DNA of 32,000 bases from Candidatus Heimdallarchaeota archaeon (GCA_030668875.1 DAOVER010000029.1:1-32000); one strand, 5' to 3'. Numbered from the stretch's first letter, positions 16,430 to 25,480 are shown. Translations and numbers: made by a program. Notes: generated by a model not told the origin, from the sequence alone.

Positions 16430-18181
16430 ATGAAAGAGAGTATCAAAAAGTTTTTAGAAAAAGAATATCTCGAAACTATACGAATTCATCAACTTCGTCC
16501 GCTATTTGAGAGGTATTTAAACTTAAATTCTGATTTAGTTGAAAAATATGAAAAAGAATATTCTCGTCCCAAAAATTTGATAGTATCTGCTCTATATACA
16601 GCTGATTATATTATAATGTCGTCGGAAGTGAAACTTGAACTTGAAGATGATGCTAGAAGGAAAGAAATAATCGAATTCTGGATAAACCTGAATATAACTA
16701 ATGATGAAATGTGGTACGAATTAACTTACATTGTAGCTTTTTCATATAGAATTGCTTCGATGCTTAGGAAACGTTACTATTATTTAATGGATAGAGGAGT
16801 TGCTAAGCAAATTGCAGCAGCATTGGTAGCTGATTACTTTGTTCGACACCACTTGGAATACACTTCTGACAAATTGAATATCATTCCAACTTGGTGGGTT
16901 GTTTTTCTAATGGAAACAGCTATGTGCCAAACAATATTTTCCACAACTCAAAAGAAGTGGGCTAACATCCAAGAAATACTCCACTCTAATGAAATGGGTT
17001 TATTATCACACATAATTGCAAATAACTTCATAGGGGAAACTATAGGGGAACCCAATCCAGCTGTCCCCATACCATACTTCAAAGATTCTTCTATTTTCTA
17101 CTATGCCACATGGGTTCAAGACACAGTTAAAAAGAATCGATTTGAATCACTGTTACCTGCTAAGACTTCAGCACAAATTCATAAGGAGTTCAAGAAATGT
17201 ACTCCGTTATTGGATTCAAATAATCCACACATCTTAAAATACATGAGACTTGCAGGAAAATACTCGATTTCTTCTCCTGAGATAAATTTCATTATTGCAA
17301 ATTCCCAAATTAATGATGCTGAAGGTTGGATTGGATTGCTTACACCTTTAGATGATATCAATATGAAGGAAATAGAATCCCTATTAAAACTTAAACTAGA
17401 TGATCTGAAAGCTCTTGAAAAATATGCAAAACATCTCCCAACTATTCAAGTTCTTCAGAGGCAAAAGGAAGAACGAGAAGTAGTTGAAGAGATAATAGAA
17501 AAAGAAGAGAAAAAAGGATTCTTCAAAAAGCTATTTTCAGGTTTTAAAAAGAAGAAGAAAAAAGCAGAGCCGAAGAAAGCTGTAAAAATACCACAATCAA
17601 TAGATAAGTGGTATCGATTGGTTTTAGATGAAATACTCATTGCCAGCGTTTCTGGTATAGGACTAGGGTTAGAGATTTATGATTCATATCGTGAGGATAA
17701 TTTCGTAATTAGTGGATTAATTGAGTCGGAACAAAAAGAAACTCAACCCACAGTTTTCTATTCAGAAGCGACTGTCGCATTCCCATCTGAATTTCTAGAT
17801 CCAATTATTAGCCTTATTGAAGTAGGTAAATTGTTTATAGCAACAATAAAAAATGTAGAAACGATTTCAGTTATTCCTGAAGAAGCGTTTTATCGTGATA
17901 AGCAAGATGTAGGTCTCTATAGACTTGTAGAATTTGTTTTCGGTGAAAAACTATTAGTTGGTATATTAGCAGAAAAACAAGCTAGAACAGCTATGACACT
18001 CGCAAGGTCAGAACCAACTTATCAGAGAAGATCACTTCAAAGAAAAGCTAACGAATTCGTACATGCGAGAAGAGTCAACAAAACTGACGACGTAGGTAAA
18101 AGAACACTTTCAAGAGAGATAAATTGGGATACTGTGAAATTAAGTTACGAGGAAAAACCATTGTTTTACAAGAAAAAATAG
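16430..18181 (+). CDS. Hypothetical protein (583 aa) with an internal amphipathic/polybasic motif
   Basis: Long uninterrupted ORF with no recognised family. Contains KKGFFKKLFSGFKKKKKK. Confidence 0.8.
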   Translation: MKESIKKFLEKEYLETIRIHQLRPLFERYLNLNSDLVEKYEKEYSRPKNLIVSALYTADYIIMSSEVKLELEDDARRKEIIEFWINLNITNDEMWYELTYIVAFSYRIASMLRKRYYYLMDRGVAKQIAAALVADYFVRHHLEYTSDKLNIIPTWWVVFLMETAMCQTIFSTTQKKWANIQEILHSNEMGLLSHIIANNFIGETIGEPNPAVPIPYFKDSSIFYYATWVQDTVKKNRFESLLPAKTSAQIHKEFKKCTPLLDSNNPHILKYMRLAGKYSISSPEINFIIANSQINDAEGWIGLLTPLDDINMKEIESLLKLKLDDLKALEKYAKHLPTIQVLQRQKEEREVVEEIIEKEEKKGFFKKLFSGFKKKKKKAEPKKAVKIPQSIDKWYRLVLDEILIASVSGIGLGLEIYDSYREDNFVISGLIESEQKETQPTVFYSEATVAFPSEFLDPIISLIEVGKLFIATIKNVETISVIPEEAFYRDKQDVGLYRLVEFVFGEKLLVGILAEKQARTAMTLARSEPTYQRRSLQRKANEFVHARRVNKTDDVGKRTLSREINWDTVKLSYEEKPLFYKKK

Positions 18182-18289
18182 TCCTTCTCTCCCACTTTTC
18201 CCACTTATTTGCGGAAAAAACTACTAGAAACTATATATTAAATCATGTGAATCTTAATATAGAAAGGTAAGTGGGCTAGGGGCAAATAT

Positions 18290-19090
18290 ATGAATGACCA
18301 TAATACTAATGCAAATTTCTTCTTCTTACGAGGAAAAGACGGGTTCCTTAAAGGTAATTATCAGAATTGTATAAAGGATTTAATGTATGCACAAGAGATG
18401 TTTACAACCATAGGTAATAAAGAGAAATCTGCAGAAAGTTCACTTCTTTTAGCTTCAGCATACTTTAACATCACTCGTTTTGATCAATCAAGATTGATGT
18501 TTGATCGAGCATATTCTAGGTTCAAAGAACTTAACAAACTAGTTAAATTAGGAGAATGTGCGTTAGCTCTTGGAGAGATCTATAAGGAAGAAGGGGAGTT
18601 CAAGCGAAGCAGACAGTATCTATTAGAATCAATACATATTTTTACTAATCTAAAAGATACAGAAAAACTAGCTGATTCATGGAAGCACCTAGCTGAAGCA
18701 TATCAAATGGATCTTTCAGATTCACATGATCATCAAGTTAGTATTGTTGAAGCTTACAGAACAGCACTTGGTTATTATAAAAAAGCAAAAAATAACAGAA
18801 TGAAAGCAGAATGCGAATTTGATTTGGGGCATGTATTAATCTCCCAATCTAATTTTTCAGCGGCTTTGAAATTTCTCTCTCCTGCATTCAACTACTTCAA
18901 GGAAATAAATAATCACGATAATGTAATTACAATTGCAATACTAATTGGTCGAATATATTTTGAACTTAGGAAAAAACCTAAAGCTAAGGAATACATGTTC
19001 GAAGCTATAAATCAGATGAAAAAGGCTAATTATAATCCTGAAAAGATTGGCTCTGTACAGAATACAATTGCTTCCATGTTTGCAGGTTAG
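18290..19090 (+). CDS. Tetratricopeptide-repeat protein
   Basis: Repeating helical units of about 40 aa (LASAYF...FDRA; LGEIY...GEF; LGHVLI...NFSAAL; IGRIYF). Confidence 0.8.
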   Translation: MNDHNTNANFFFLRGKDGFLKGNYQNCIKDLMYAQEMFTTIGNKEKSAESSLLLASAYFNITRFDQSRLMFDRAYSRFKELNKLVKLGECALALGEIYKEEGEFKRSRQYLLESIHIFTNLKDTEKLADSWKHLAEAYQMDLSDSHDHQVSIVEAYRTALGYYKKAKNNRMKAECEFDLGHVLISQSNFSAALKFLSPAFNYFKEINNHDNVITIAILIGRIYFELRKKPKAKEYMFEAINQMKKANYNPEKIGSVQNTIASMFAG

Positions 19091-19091
19091 G

Positions 19092-20690
19092 TTACTTTCT
19101 CACAAATAATAGTTGCTTATAGGTTATTGCAATATCGTCACTTGGGATTAAAATTTCAATCTTTTTGAAACGTTGTGTAGCTCTTAAAAGATCATACACA
19201 AATTTAATATCAAAATCCTCGTTATGTTTATTTTCTCTGAGCTTCTTAGGTAAAATGTGTCCAATTACCTGATATCCTGAGAATACTTTTCGTTTTTTCC
19301 TTAGATCTTTTTCATCCATTGTTGTACCTACAAACAAAAGTGATTGTATATCATCATCATGGTTTAAAGCGGTAATAGCAAAGATTTCTAAATTTATCAG
19401 TATTTCATCCTTACTATTTCTGTAGAAAAATTTGCTTATATTGTCTTTAAGTACATACCTATCTTTAATGGAAATAAGTAATTTCTCTTCTATCAATTCT
19501 CTCGAAAGAGCAAATGTAGCATCAGAGTCACTGACAGCATTAGCAAATTCCACGCTCTGGGTGTTATCACTAATTAAGCATGGACTATTGAATTTCAATG
19601 TTAACTTTTTCAGTGACTGAGTTGTCTGTGAAGACGAAGCAAGATCATATATCATAGATATCCCTAGAAGCTGAGCGAGTGTATATGCATAACCTTTCCT
19701 AATCCGCCTTTGATGGTCATCTGTTGTATAAGAGGAAAATTCTATCGCTTTCTCAAAGTAAACTAAAGCCACTTTGTACTCTTTGTATTCTGCAATACCA
19801 TAAGCTACAGCAGAATAAAACATCGCTTTCTTGTTGCGATTTAATCCTTCTATAAAATCATCTATTTGTTTTATTGATGGTTCTAGTAAGCTATCTGAAA
19901 GTTTCAAAACACTTACAAGTATGGTTAAACGTCTAGTTGCTTCATAATCCGACTTCAAAAACTTAATTGCTCTTAAAACAACACCTACACCCTTTAGTAT
20001 AGTTCCCTTATTCTTCGAAACAACTGCAAGTCCAGGGTTATCAGAAAACAATTGTAGGAAGAAATCTGAAGGCATGATAATTTTTTCGTTCGGGTAAGGT
20101 TTCGAAGTAATTATATCAATTATATTTGAGCAAAATTCTGCTGCTTTATTTGTTTCTTTTTTGAATAGATGCATTAAACCAATATTAACATCACAAAATA
20201 CGATGTTCTCATGTAGACTGTGTTTTTCTGATAATTCTTTAGATTGAAGAAGAAAACCCATTGCTTTGTCTTTTCCAATTGTCCTATTTATAACAAATAA
20301 CATGTTATAGACCTTAATCTGTATCTTTGGATCCTTCAATTTCTTAGCAAGAACATCTGCTTTTGTAACCGCTTTTTCAGCGCCCTCATAATCATTAGAA
20401 AGCAAAAATGAATCTGCTAATGCTAAGTAGAAAAAGGCAGTTAATATTTTAGGAACTAAAGGTAGTAAAACCTTAACATGACGTAGTATTATCATTCCTT
20501 CGTCTCTATTTTCCAAATTGAACTGTTTCTTACACTCTGTTAACATGTATTCTACGAGATCAATTACGGTCAGATTTTTTTCCAGTTGTAAATCTTCTAA
20601 AATTTTGGTGAATTTAGATTTATCCTTTACACTATTTGCGAAGGTTTGGGTTTTTGTAGACTTAAGATAATTGTGTAATAACACGGTCAT
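19092..20690 (-). CDS. TPR-like alpha-solenoid protein with an unknown C-terminal alpha/beta domain
   Basis: LADSFLLSNDYEGAEKA, IGLMHLFKKETNKAAE, VAYGIAEYKEYKVALVYFEKA. Confidence 0.7.
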   Translation of the reverse strand: MTVLLHNYLKSTKTQTFANSVKDKSKFTKILEDLQLEKNLTVIDLVEYMLTECKKQFNLENRDEGMIILRHVKVLLPLVPKILTAFFYLALADSFLLSNDYEGAEKAVTKADVLAKKLKDPKIQIKVYNMLFVINRTIGKDKAMGFLLQSKELSEKHSLHENIVFCDVNIGLMHLFKKETNKAAEFCSNIIDIITSKPYPNEKIIMPSDFFLQLFSDNPGLAVVSKNKGTILKGVGVVLRAIKFLKSDYEATRRLTILVSVLKLSDSLLEPSIKQIDDFIEGLNRNKKAMFYSAVAYGIAEYKEYKVALVYFEKAIEFSSYTTDDHQRRIRKGYAYTLAQLLGISMIYDLASSSQTTQSLKKLTLKFNSPCLISDNTQSVEFANAVSDSDATFALSRELIEEKLLISIKDRYVLKDNISKFFYRNSKDEILINLEIFAITALNHDDDIQSLLFVGTTMDEKDLRKKRKVFSGYQVIGHILPKKLRENKHNEDFDIKFVYDLLRATQRFKKIEILIPSDDIAITYKQLLFVRK

Positions 20691-20765
20691 TATTACACGA
20701 ATAAAGAATTGGAATAAATTTCTTTTGTTCTTCCATTTTTCTTGAAGATGGAAAAAATAGATCTT

Positions 20766-22268
20766 TTATTGGCTAATTCGCTTCTTTAATTCTTTTGTTA
20801 AATCAGAGATTAATACTAGAGATTCCTCTCTTGTCTCTAAATTTTTAAGAGTTACGCTCTTATTTTCTAAATCTCTTTCGCCAACAATAATCATATATGG
20901 GATATTTCTGTTTATCGCATCTTGGAGTTGTTTCTTACGGTTCCAGCCAAATGGGTTAAATAATGTTGCAAAGTTGTCTCTTAGAGTTGCAACGATTTCA
21001 GCTGCAACATCAGTGACATCTTTTGTCATTGATGTAACATAGACCATAGCAGGATGTTTATACTTTTCTAGCTTTCCTTGCTCTTTTAGAATGGAATAAA
21101 GAACAGTTTCACCCATACCTATTCCAGTACAAGGAATTTTTCCACCACCAAAGTTCTCCACAAGTTGATCATATCTTCCGCCTCCAGCTATTGCCCTCAC
21201 AACAGAACCTGTAGTATCATAGAATTCGAATACTATTCCTGTGTAGTAATCAAGACCTCGTGCTACTGAGGCATCGTAAATGCAAGTATCAATAACTCCA
21301 AACATTTTCAAATGGACAGCAAGCTCACTCATTTTATCCAATATTTCTTTGGTTGCTTCATCTAAATCAATCTCATTTTGCATTTGTTCAATGAAAGCTT
21401 CTGGATTACCTCTGATATTAGAAAATACATATAGCTGATCTGATTGTAAATCAGTTAAACCTAGTTCTTTGAATGATTTCTTGATTACATTCTCAGCAAT
21501 CTCTTGTAAGCTATCAACATAAGCAACCAAATTAGAATCCTTCTGAAGTATTGAACTGTATCTTTCTAATTTTGGATCCTGCATCCATACAGTTCTAACT
21601 ATCATAGAGAGATCTTCAGCTTTTTCTTTCTTAATTTTCTTATCTATTAAATCCTGTTTAATATAACTTTGAACATGTTTTTCACGAGAATCTATAGCTC
21701 TTATGATATCAGGTATATTTTCAACACCCAAGTGATTCAGAAAATTTTGAACTAATTCTCTGCTATTGATTGTACATACAAACTCGTCTTCTTTTAGTCC
21801 AGCTTGTTTGATTATTTGAGTAGTAAGAGCTATAATCTCAGCATCAGCACCAACGTGATCAACACCGATAATATCAGCATTAAATTGGAAATGCTCTTTG
21901 ACTCTTCCCCTTTGAGGTGTTTCATCTCGGAAAATTCTCGGAATAGAATACCATCTCATGGGTTTGGGATACCTTTGATGTTGATTAGCAATTAATCGTG
22001 CCAAAGTAGGAGTTTGCTCTGGTCTAAGAACTAATTTACGCTTTTCTCTATCTTCTAGGCTATATATTTCTGCATACAAATCTTTTCCAGACTTGTACTC
22101 AATCAATTTAGCATACTCTAGGGAAGGTCCTTCATACTCCTCAAAACCGAACTTAGCAGAAACACCGTGCATAATATTAAGAATCTTATTGATTTCAGCA
22201 TAATCCTCTGGGAAGAAGTCTCTGAATCCTTTGATACCTTTAAGAATCTCTTTTAGTTCAGAATCCAT
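20766..22268 (-). CDS. hisS: Histidyl-tRNA synthetase
   Basis: GFRDFFP, LRPEQT, FRDETPQRGR-EHFQ, ARGLDYYTG, GGGRYDQL, C-terminal anticodon-binding domain. Confidence 0.97.
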   Translation of the reverse strand: MDSELKEILKGIKGFRDFFPEDYAEINKILNIMHGVSAKFGFEEYEGPSLEYAKLIEYKSGKDLYAEIYSLEDREKRKLVLRPEQTPTLARLIANQHQRYPKPMRWYSIPRIFRDETPQRGRVKEHFQFNADIIGVDHVGADAEIIALTTQIIKQAGLKEDEFVCTINSRELVQNFLNHLGVENIPDIIRAIDSREKHVQSYIKQDLIDKKIKKEKAEDLSMIVRTVWMQDPKLERYSSILQKDSNLVAYVDSLQEIAENVIKKSFKELGLTDLQSDQLYVFSNIRGNPEAFIEQMQNEIDLDEATKEILDKMSELAVHLKMFGVIDTCIYDASVARGLDYYTGIVFEFYDTTGSVVRAIAGGGRYDQLVENFGGGKIPCTGIGMGETVLYSILKEQGKLEKYKHPAMVYVTSMTKDVTDVAAEIVATLRDNFATLFNPFGWNRKKQLQDAINRNIPYMIIVGERDLENKSVTLKNLETREESLVLISDLTKELKKRISQ

Positions 22269-22345
22269 GATATATTCAAATTAAAAAATAATAGAAATTA
22301 TTTAATGTTATTGTTCATCAATGCTTGTGAAAGACTACTTGATGG

Positions 22346-23341
22346 TCATGAATTGTTTTCTAAATAGGAGATTTCAAACATTGGTAGCTCTTTCTCAGAC
22401 CAGAAGGATTGGTTGTTAATCAAGTATTTCATAAGATACCCTGTTAAATCAGATTCTGATATATCAGCACCTTTATCCTCTCTCAATCCCTGTATTTCGA
22501 TGATGAATTCAGTTAATAATTTCATCAACAAATTGGCACCCTTTATTTTTTTATTCTGATTAATCATATTTGTCATCAACCAGCATGATGTTTGATTGTC
22601 AGCTGCCATTACTACTTGTCGTCCGTTAATATTCATGTAATCAAGAATTGATTCATTTCCAGAGGCAAATTTGTAGCGAATGACAGGAAACATCCCTTCA
22701 GTATCATTAATCGCGGATGGAGAGCGAATTCTTGCCTCAATTATACCTTTATCGGTTTTTAGATAAGCAATGAAAGACTCTACAGATACTCCTGTGCTCA
22801 TTAGATTTGTGATAATTGTGTTAGCTAACCAATCAATTGTTTTATTTAGATTTTCACCAGTAATTGGAGATACACTAAAACATTCAATCAATTGTAGACG
22901 AGAATATGATTTAAACAAGTTGGAAACAGTATTGATCTCTTTTTGGTTAATCTTCTTATCCCAAGTATTAATTAAAACAAGTATAGGTGAATCCTTTTTA
23001 ATCCACTTCAGAGAACGAACAAACCATTTCTCTGATTCTTTAATCTGATGTTCTTTAGTTGCATCAACGACAAAAATGAGCGCATCGGAACGAGAGATAT
23101 AGCTAGGCCAAAGAGATTTTCTAAAAGGTTCTTTACCTCCTAAATCTGTCAAACCGAGTTTCAATCCATCAATATTAACTATTTCTTGATTAATTCCATA
23201 TGTTGAATAGGTTTCAGTAATCTCTTCATTCAGGAGCTTATTAATAATAGTAGTTTTTCCAACCCCGTCTAATCCAGCGACTGATATAGATACATCTCTA
23301 TCATTCGATAACCAATTTGAATTTGAATTAGGACCTAACAA
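22346..23341 (-). CDS. Arf-family-like small GTPase fused to a C-terminal longin-like domain
   Basis: G1 GLDGVGKTT, G2 STYGIN, G3 DLGGK-FR-LW-Y, IFVVDA, G4 NTWD, G5 SPITGENL-IDWL, plus an extension of about 150 aa. The TTG start is uncertain. Confidence 0.85.
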   Translation of the reverse strand: MLGPNSNSNWLSNDRDVSISVAGLDGVGKTTIINKLLNEEITETYSTYGINQEIVNIDGLKLGLTDLGGKEPFRKSLWPSYISRSDALIFVVDATKEHQIKESEKWFVRSLKWIKKDSPILVLINTWDKKINQKEINTVSNLFKSYSRLQLIECFSVSPITGENLNKTIDWLANTIITNLMSTGVSVESFIAYLKTDKGIIEARIRSPSAINDTEGMFPVIRYKFASGNESILDYMNINGRQVVMAADNQTSCWLMTNMINQNKKIKGANLLMKLLTEFIIEIQGLREDKGADISESDLTGYLMKYLINNQSFWSEKELPMFEISYLENNS

Positions 23342-23403
23342 ACTGTGTTCACTTCTTTCCCCGCTTCACACAAATAGTGTGATGAATCTATTAGAAAAAC
23401 CCC

Positions 23404-23428
23404 TATATATATATTGGTAAACCAATAT
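23404..23428. promoter_or_regulatory. TATA-like tract abutting an 8-bp inverted repeat in a divergent intergenic region
   Basis: TATATATA (23404-11) and ATATTGGT-AA-ACCAATAT (23411-23428). Confidence 0.5.
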
Positions 23429-23575
23429 TAAAAATTTATTTAGTTCGGCAATTAAGTCGGGAAATTGTACTAAATCAATTAACACATTGGATAGGCAATG
23501 CAAATAAATTGTGATTTAAGAATAAGCTTATATGTAACTCAAACTAGTACAAGTTAATCACTAATAGGGATTATC

Positions 23576-24019
23576 TTGCCAGACATACTTTCATCAGAAA
23601 AAGCCGAAATACGGGAGATAGCAAAAAGTTATGCTCAAGCTTTGTGGACCATACCCTTTAACAAAGGTTTCATAGCATATATCAAAACAAGTGATGAGAT
23701 CTCCGTTCATCCAGCACGTTGGAGATATTGTTTTAAATGTGGAATGATTTTAAGAACAAATTTAGTCAAAAATGATGAAACTGCTGATGAAACAAGGAAT
23801 CATGCATGTATCTTAGAATTTGAAGATATACCATTATTAATAAAAACTTCATGGATTAAGTTGCGAAAATTCTTTCTTATAGATGAGAATCATAAAAAAA
23901 TTCTGAAGGAAATAGGGTTAACTATATTACCTAAACCAATTATTATTACAAAATCAACTTTAGAAAGAGAATCAACTAAGAAAGACATTTCTGAAGGATT
24001 TACTGAAGAGTCGACATGA
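23576..24019 (+). CDS. Hypothetical protein with a possible C2HC zinc site
   Basis: TTG start with upstream AGGGA. Contains YCFKCG and NHAC. Confidence 0.6.
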   Translation: MPDILSSEKAEIREIAKSYAQALWTIPFNKGFIAYIKTSDEISVHPARWRYCFKCGMILRTNLVKNDETADETRNHACILEFEDIPLLIKTSWIKLRKFFLIDENHKKILKEIGLTILPKPIIITKSTLERESTKKDISEGFTEEST

Positions 24020-24067
24020 CACTTTCTCCCATTTTTATCGTTTTCTCCTCTTAGGTCTGCAAAATAC

Positions 24068-24113
24068 GTATATGTAACCACATTGTTACATATACTGTAA
24101 CGGATAGGTTACA
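24068..24113. promoter_or_regulatory. Tandem palindromic operator TGTAAC-N6-GTTACA x2
   Basis: Perfect 11-bp inverted repeat GTATATGTAAC-N6-GTTACATATAC (24068-95) and a second TGTAAC-N6-GTTACA (24096-113). GGTGA SD at 24121-25. Confidence 0.75.
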
Positions 24114-24129
24114 TACAGCAGGTGAAAAT

Positions 24130-25446
24130 ATGAAAATTAAAAAAACATTTACGTTAATTATAGTTTCAAGTATGATTCTTTTATTATCATGGCAAAATCA
24201 AATGATTGTAAACACGAGAGCATCAACTCAGAACAGCTTTTTACCGGTTCTTAATGCAGATCCAATGATAGTAATTGATGAGGATTCAGACTTCTCAATC
24301 TATCCAGGCTATGGAAATGAATCGCATCCATATATCATTAGCGGATTTGATATTGAAGTTCCAACAGGCGATGACATAGGGATTAATATAACAGGTACAA
24401 CGATGCACTTTGAAATCAGGAACAATGACCTTTCAGCTACTACTGTTGGATATATCGCAATTTCTATTATTGATGTATCGCCAAATACTGCGAAGGTGAG
24501 TAACAATAACATACAAGGGTTCCACGCAGGGGTATATGGAGAAAATGCTGAAGGAATAATAATAGAGGAAAACATTTGTCTTTGGATAGGGGATACGAAC
24601 TTTAGATTAATAAACAGCCCTCATGCAAGAATAGAAAAAAATGATTTGTACAAGATTAATCCACCAGAATTGCATGAAAGAAGTTCGATCGAAAGCTCTC
24701 TTCAGGAAAGCTTAGATGAGCTGTTTTTTGGAATGTATCTAGAACATTGCTCAGACAGTAACATCACTGGAAATTATATGGATCTTGACTCGAATTCAGT
24801 AATATATGGGGGCGGGATAACAGTTTTTTATTCTGATAGAGTCTTAATTGATGAAAATATAGTGAGGAACATAAGAATTGAAATTACTTCTTACGAATAC
24901 CCTGAAGTTGGGGGGATATATTTGAATGATGTTTCCTATGCAACCATATACAATAATACTGTTGAAAAAACGGAAAAAAATAGCCTTCACGTTGTAGAAA
25001 GTGATAATATTCTAATATCAAACAATACTTTTAGTGAGAGTGAGAGATACGGAATAAATTTAGTATCTACAACAAATACAAATATCACATATAATACCAT
25101 TCAACAACACCCAAGTTTTGGCATTATGATTCCTTCAGGTTCATCTAACACACGTATACATCATAATCACTTCATAAACAATAACATAGGTAGCTCACAG
25201 GCAAGTGATTCTGGGACAAATAATGTGTGGTATGATCCATTAAGTATGCAAGGAAACTGGTGGAATGACTGGTCAGGAGGAGATTACGTAATAGGTGGCT
25301 CTGCAGGTTCTTTAGATATATACCCATTAGGTGAACCTATAGTTGTTCCAGAATTTTCGCAGCAACAAAGCATCATATATCTCTCTTTGATATTTTCAGC
25401 AATCATTCTTACAAGTACAATAATACGGAAAAAGAGGAAGAAATAA
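24130..25446 (+). CDS. Secreted right-handed beta-helix (NosD/CASH-like) surface protein with a PEF-CTERM-like sorting signal
   Basis: Signal peptide, Asn-ladder repeats (ISNNT, ITYNT, IHHNHF), GNWWNDWSG, and C-terminal VPEF plus TM helix plus RKKRKK. Confidence 0.88.
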   Translation: MKIKKTFTLIIVSSMILLLSWQNQMIVNTRASTQNSFLPVLNADPMIVIDEDSDFSIYPGYGNESHPYIISGFDIEVPTGDDIGINITGTTMHFEIRNNDLSATTVGYIAISIIDVSPNTAKVSNNNIQGFHAGVYGENAEGIIIEENICLWIGDTNFRLINSPHARIEKNDLYKINPPELHERSSIESSLQESLDELFFGMYLEHCSDSNITGNYMDLDSNSVIYGGGITVFYSDRVLIDENIVRNIRIEITSYEYPEVGGIYLNDVSYATIYNNTVEKTEKNSLHVVESDNILISNNTFSESERYGINLVSTTNTNITYNTIQQHPSFGIMIPSGSSNTRIHHNHFINNNIGSSQASDSGTNNVWYDPLSMQGNWWNDWSGGDYVIGGSAGSLDIYPLGEPIVVPEFSQQQSIIYLSLIFSAIILTSTIIRKKRKK

Positions 25447-25450
25447 TTCA

Positions 25451-25480
25451 CTTTTTTCGTTTTTTTATTTTATTTATTTT
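25451..25480 (+). terminator. Oligo-T terminator
   Basis: cttttttcgtttttttattttatttatttt follows the stop at 25446. Confidence 0.55.

Noticed and set aside
18191-18275. cccactt direct repeats and a cccactta/taagtggg inverted repeat
   Set aside because: Short arms with a 60-bp spacer, compatible with chance, terminator or SD composition.
18290-19090. alpha-SNAP (NSF attachment protein) homologue
   Set aside because: Only generic TPR periodicity is visible and no SNAP-specific motif could be identified by eye.
23379-23385. Box C-like GTGATGA on the + strand
   Set aside because: No downstream CTGA or terminal stem within sRNA distance; it is part of a small tcacac/gtgtga hairpin.
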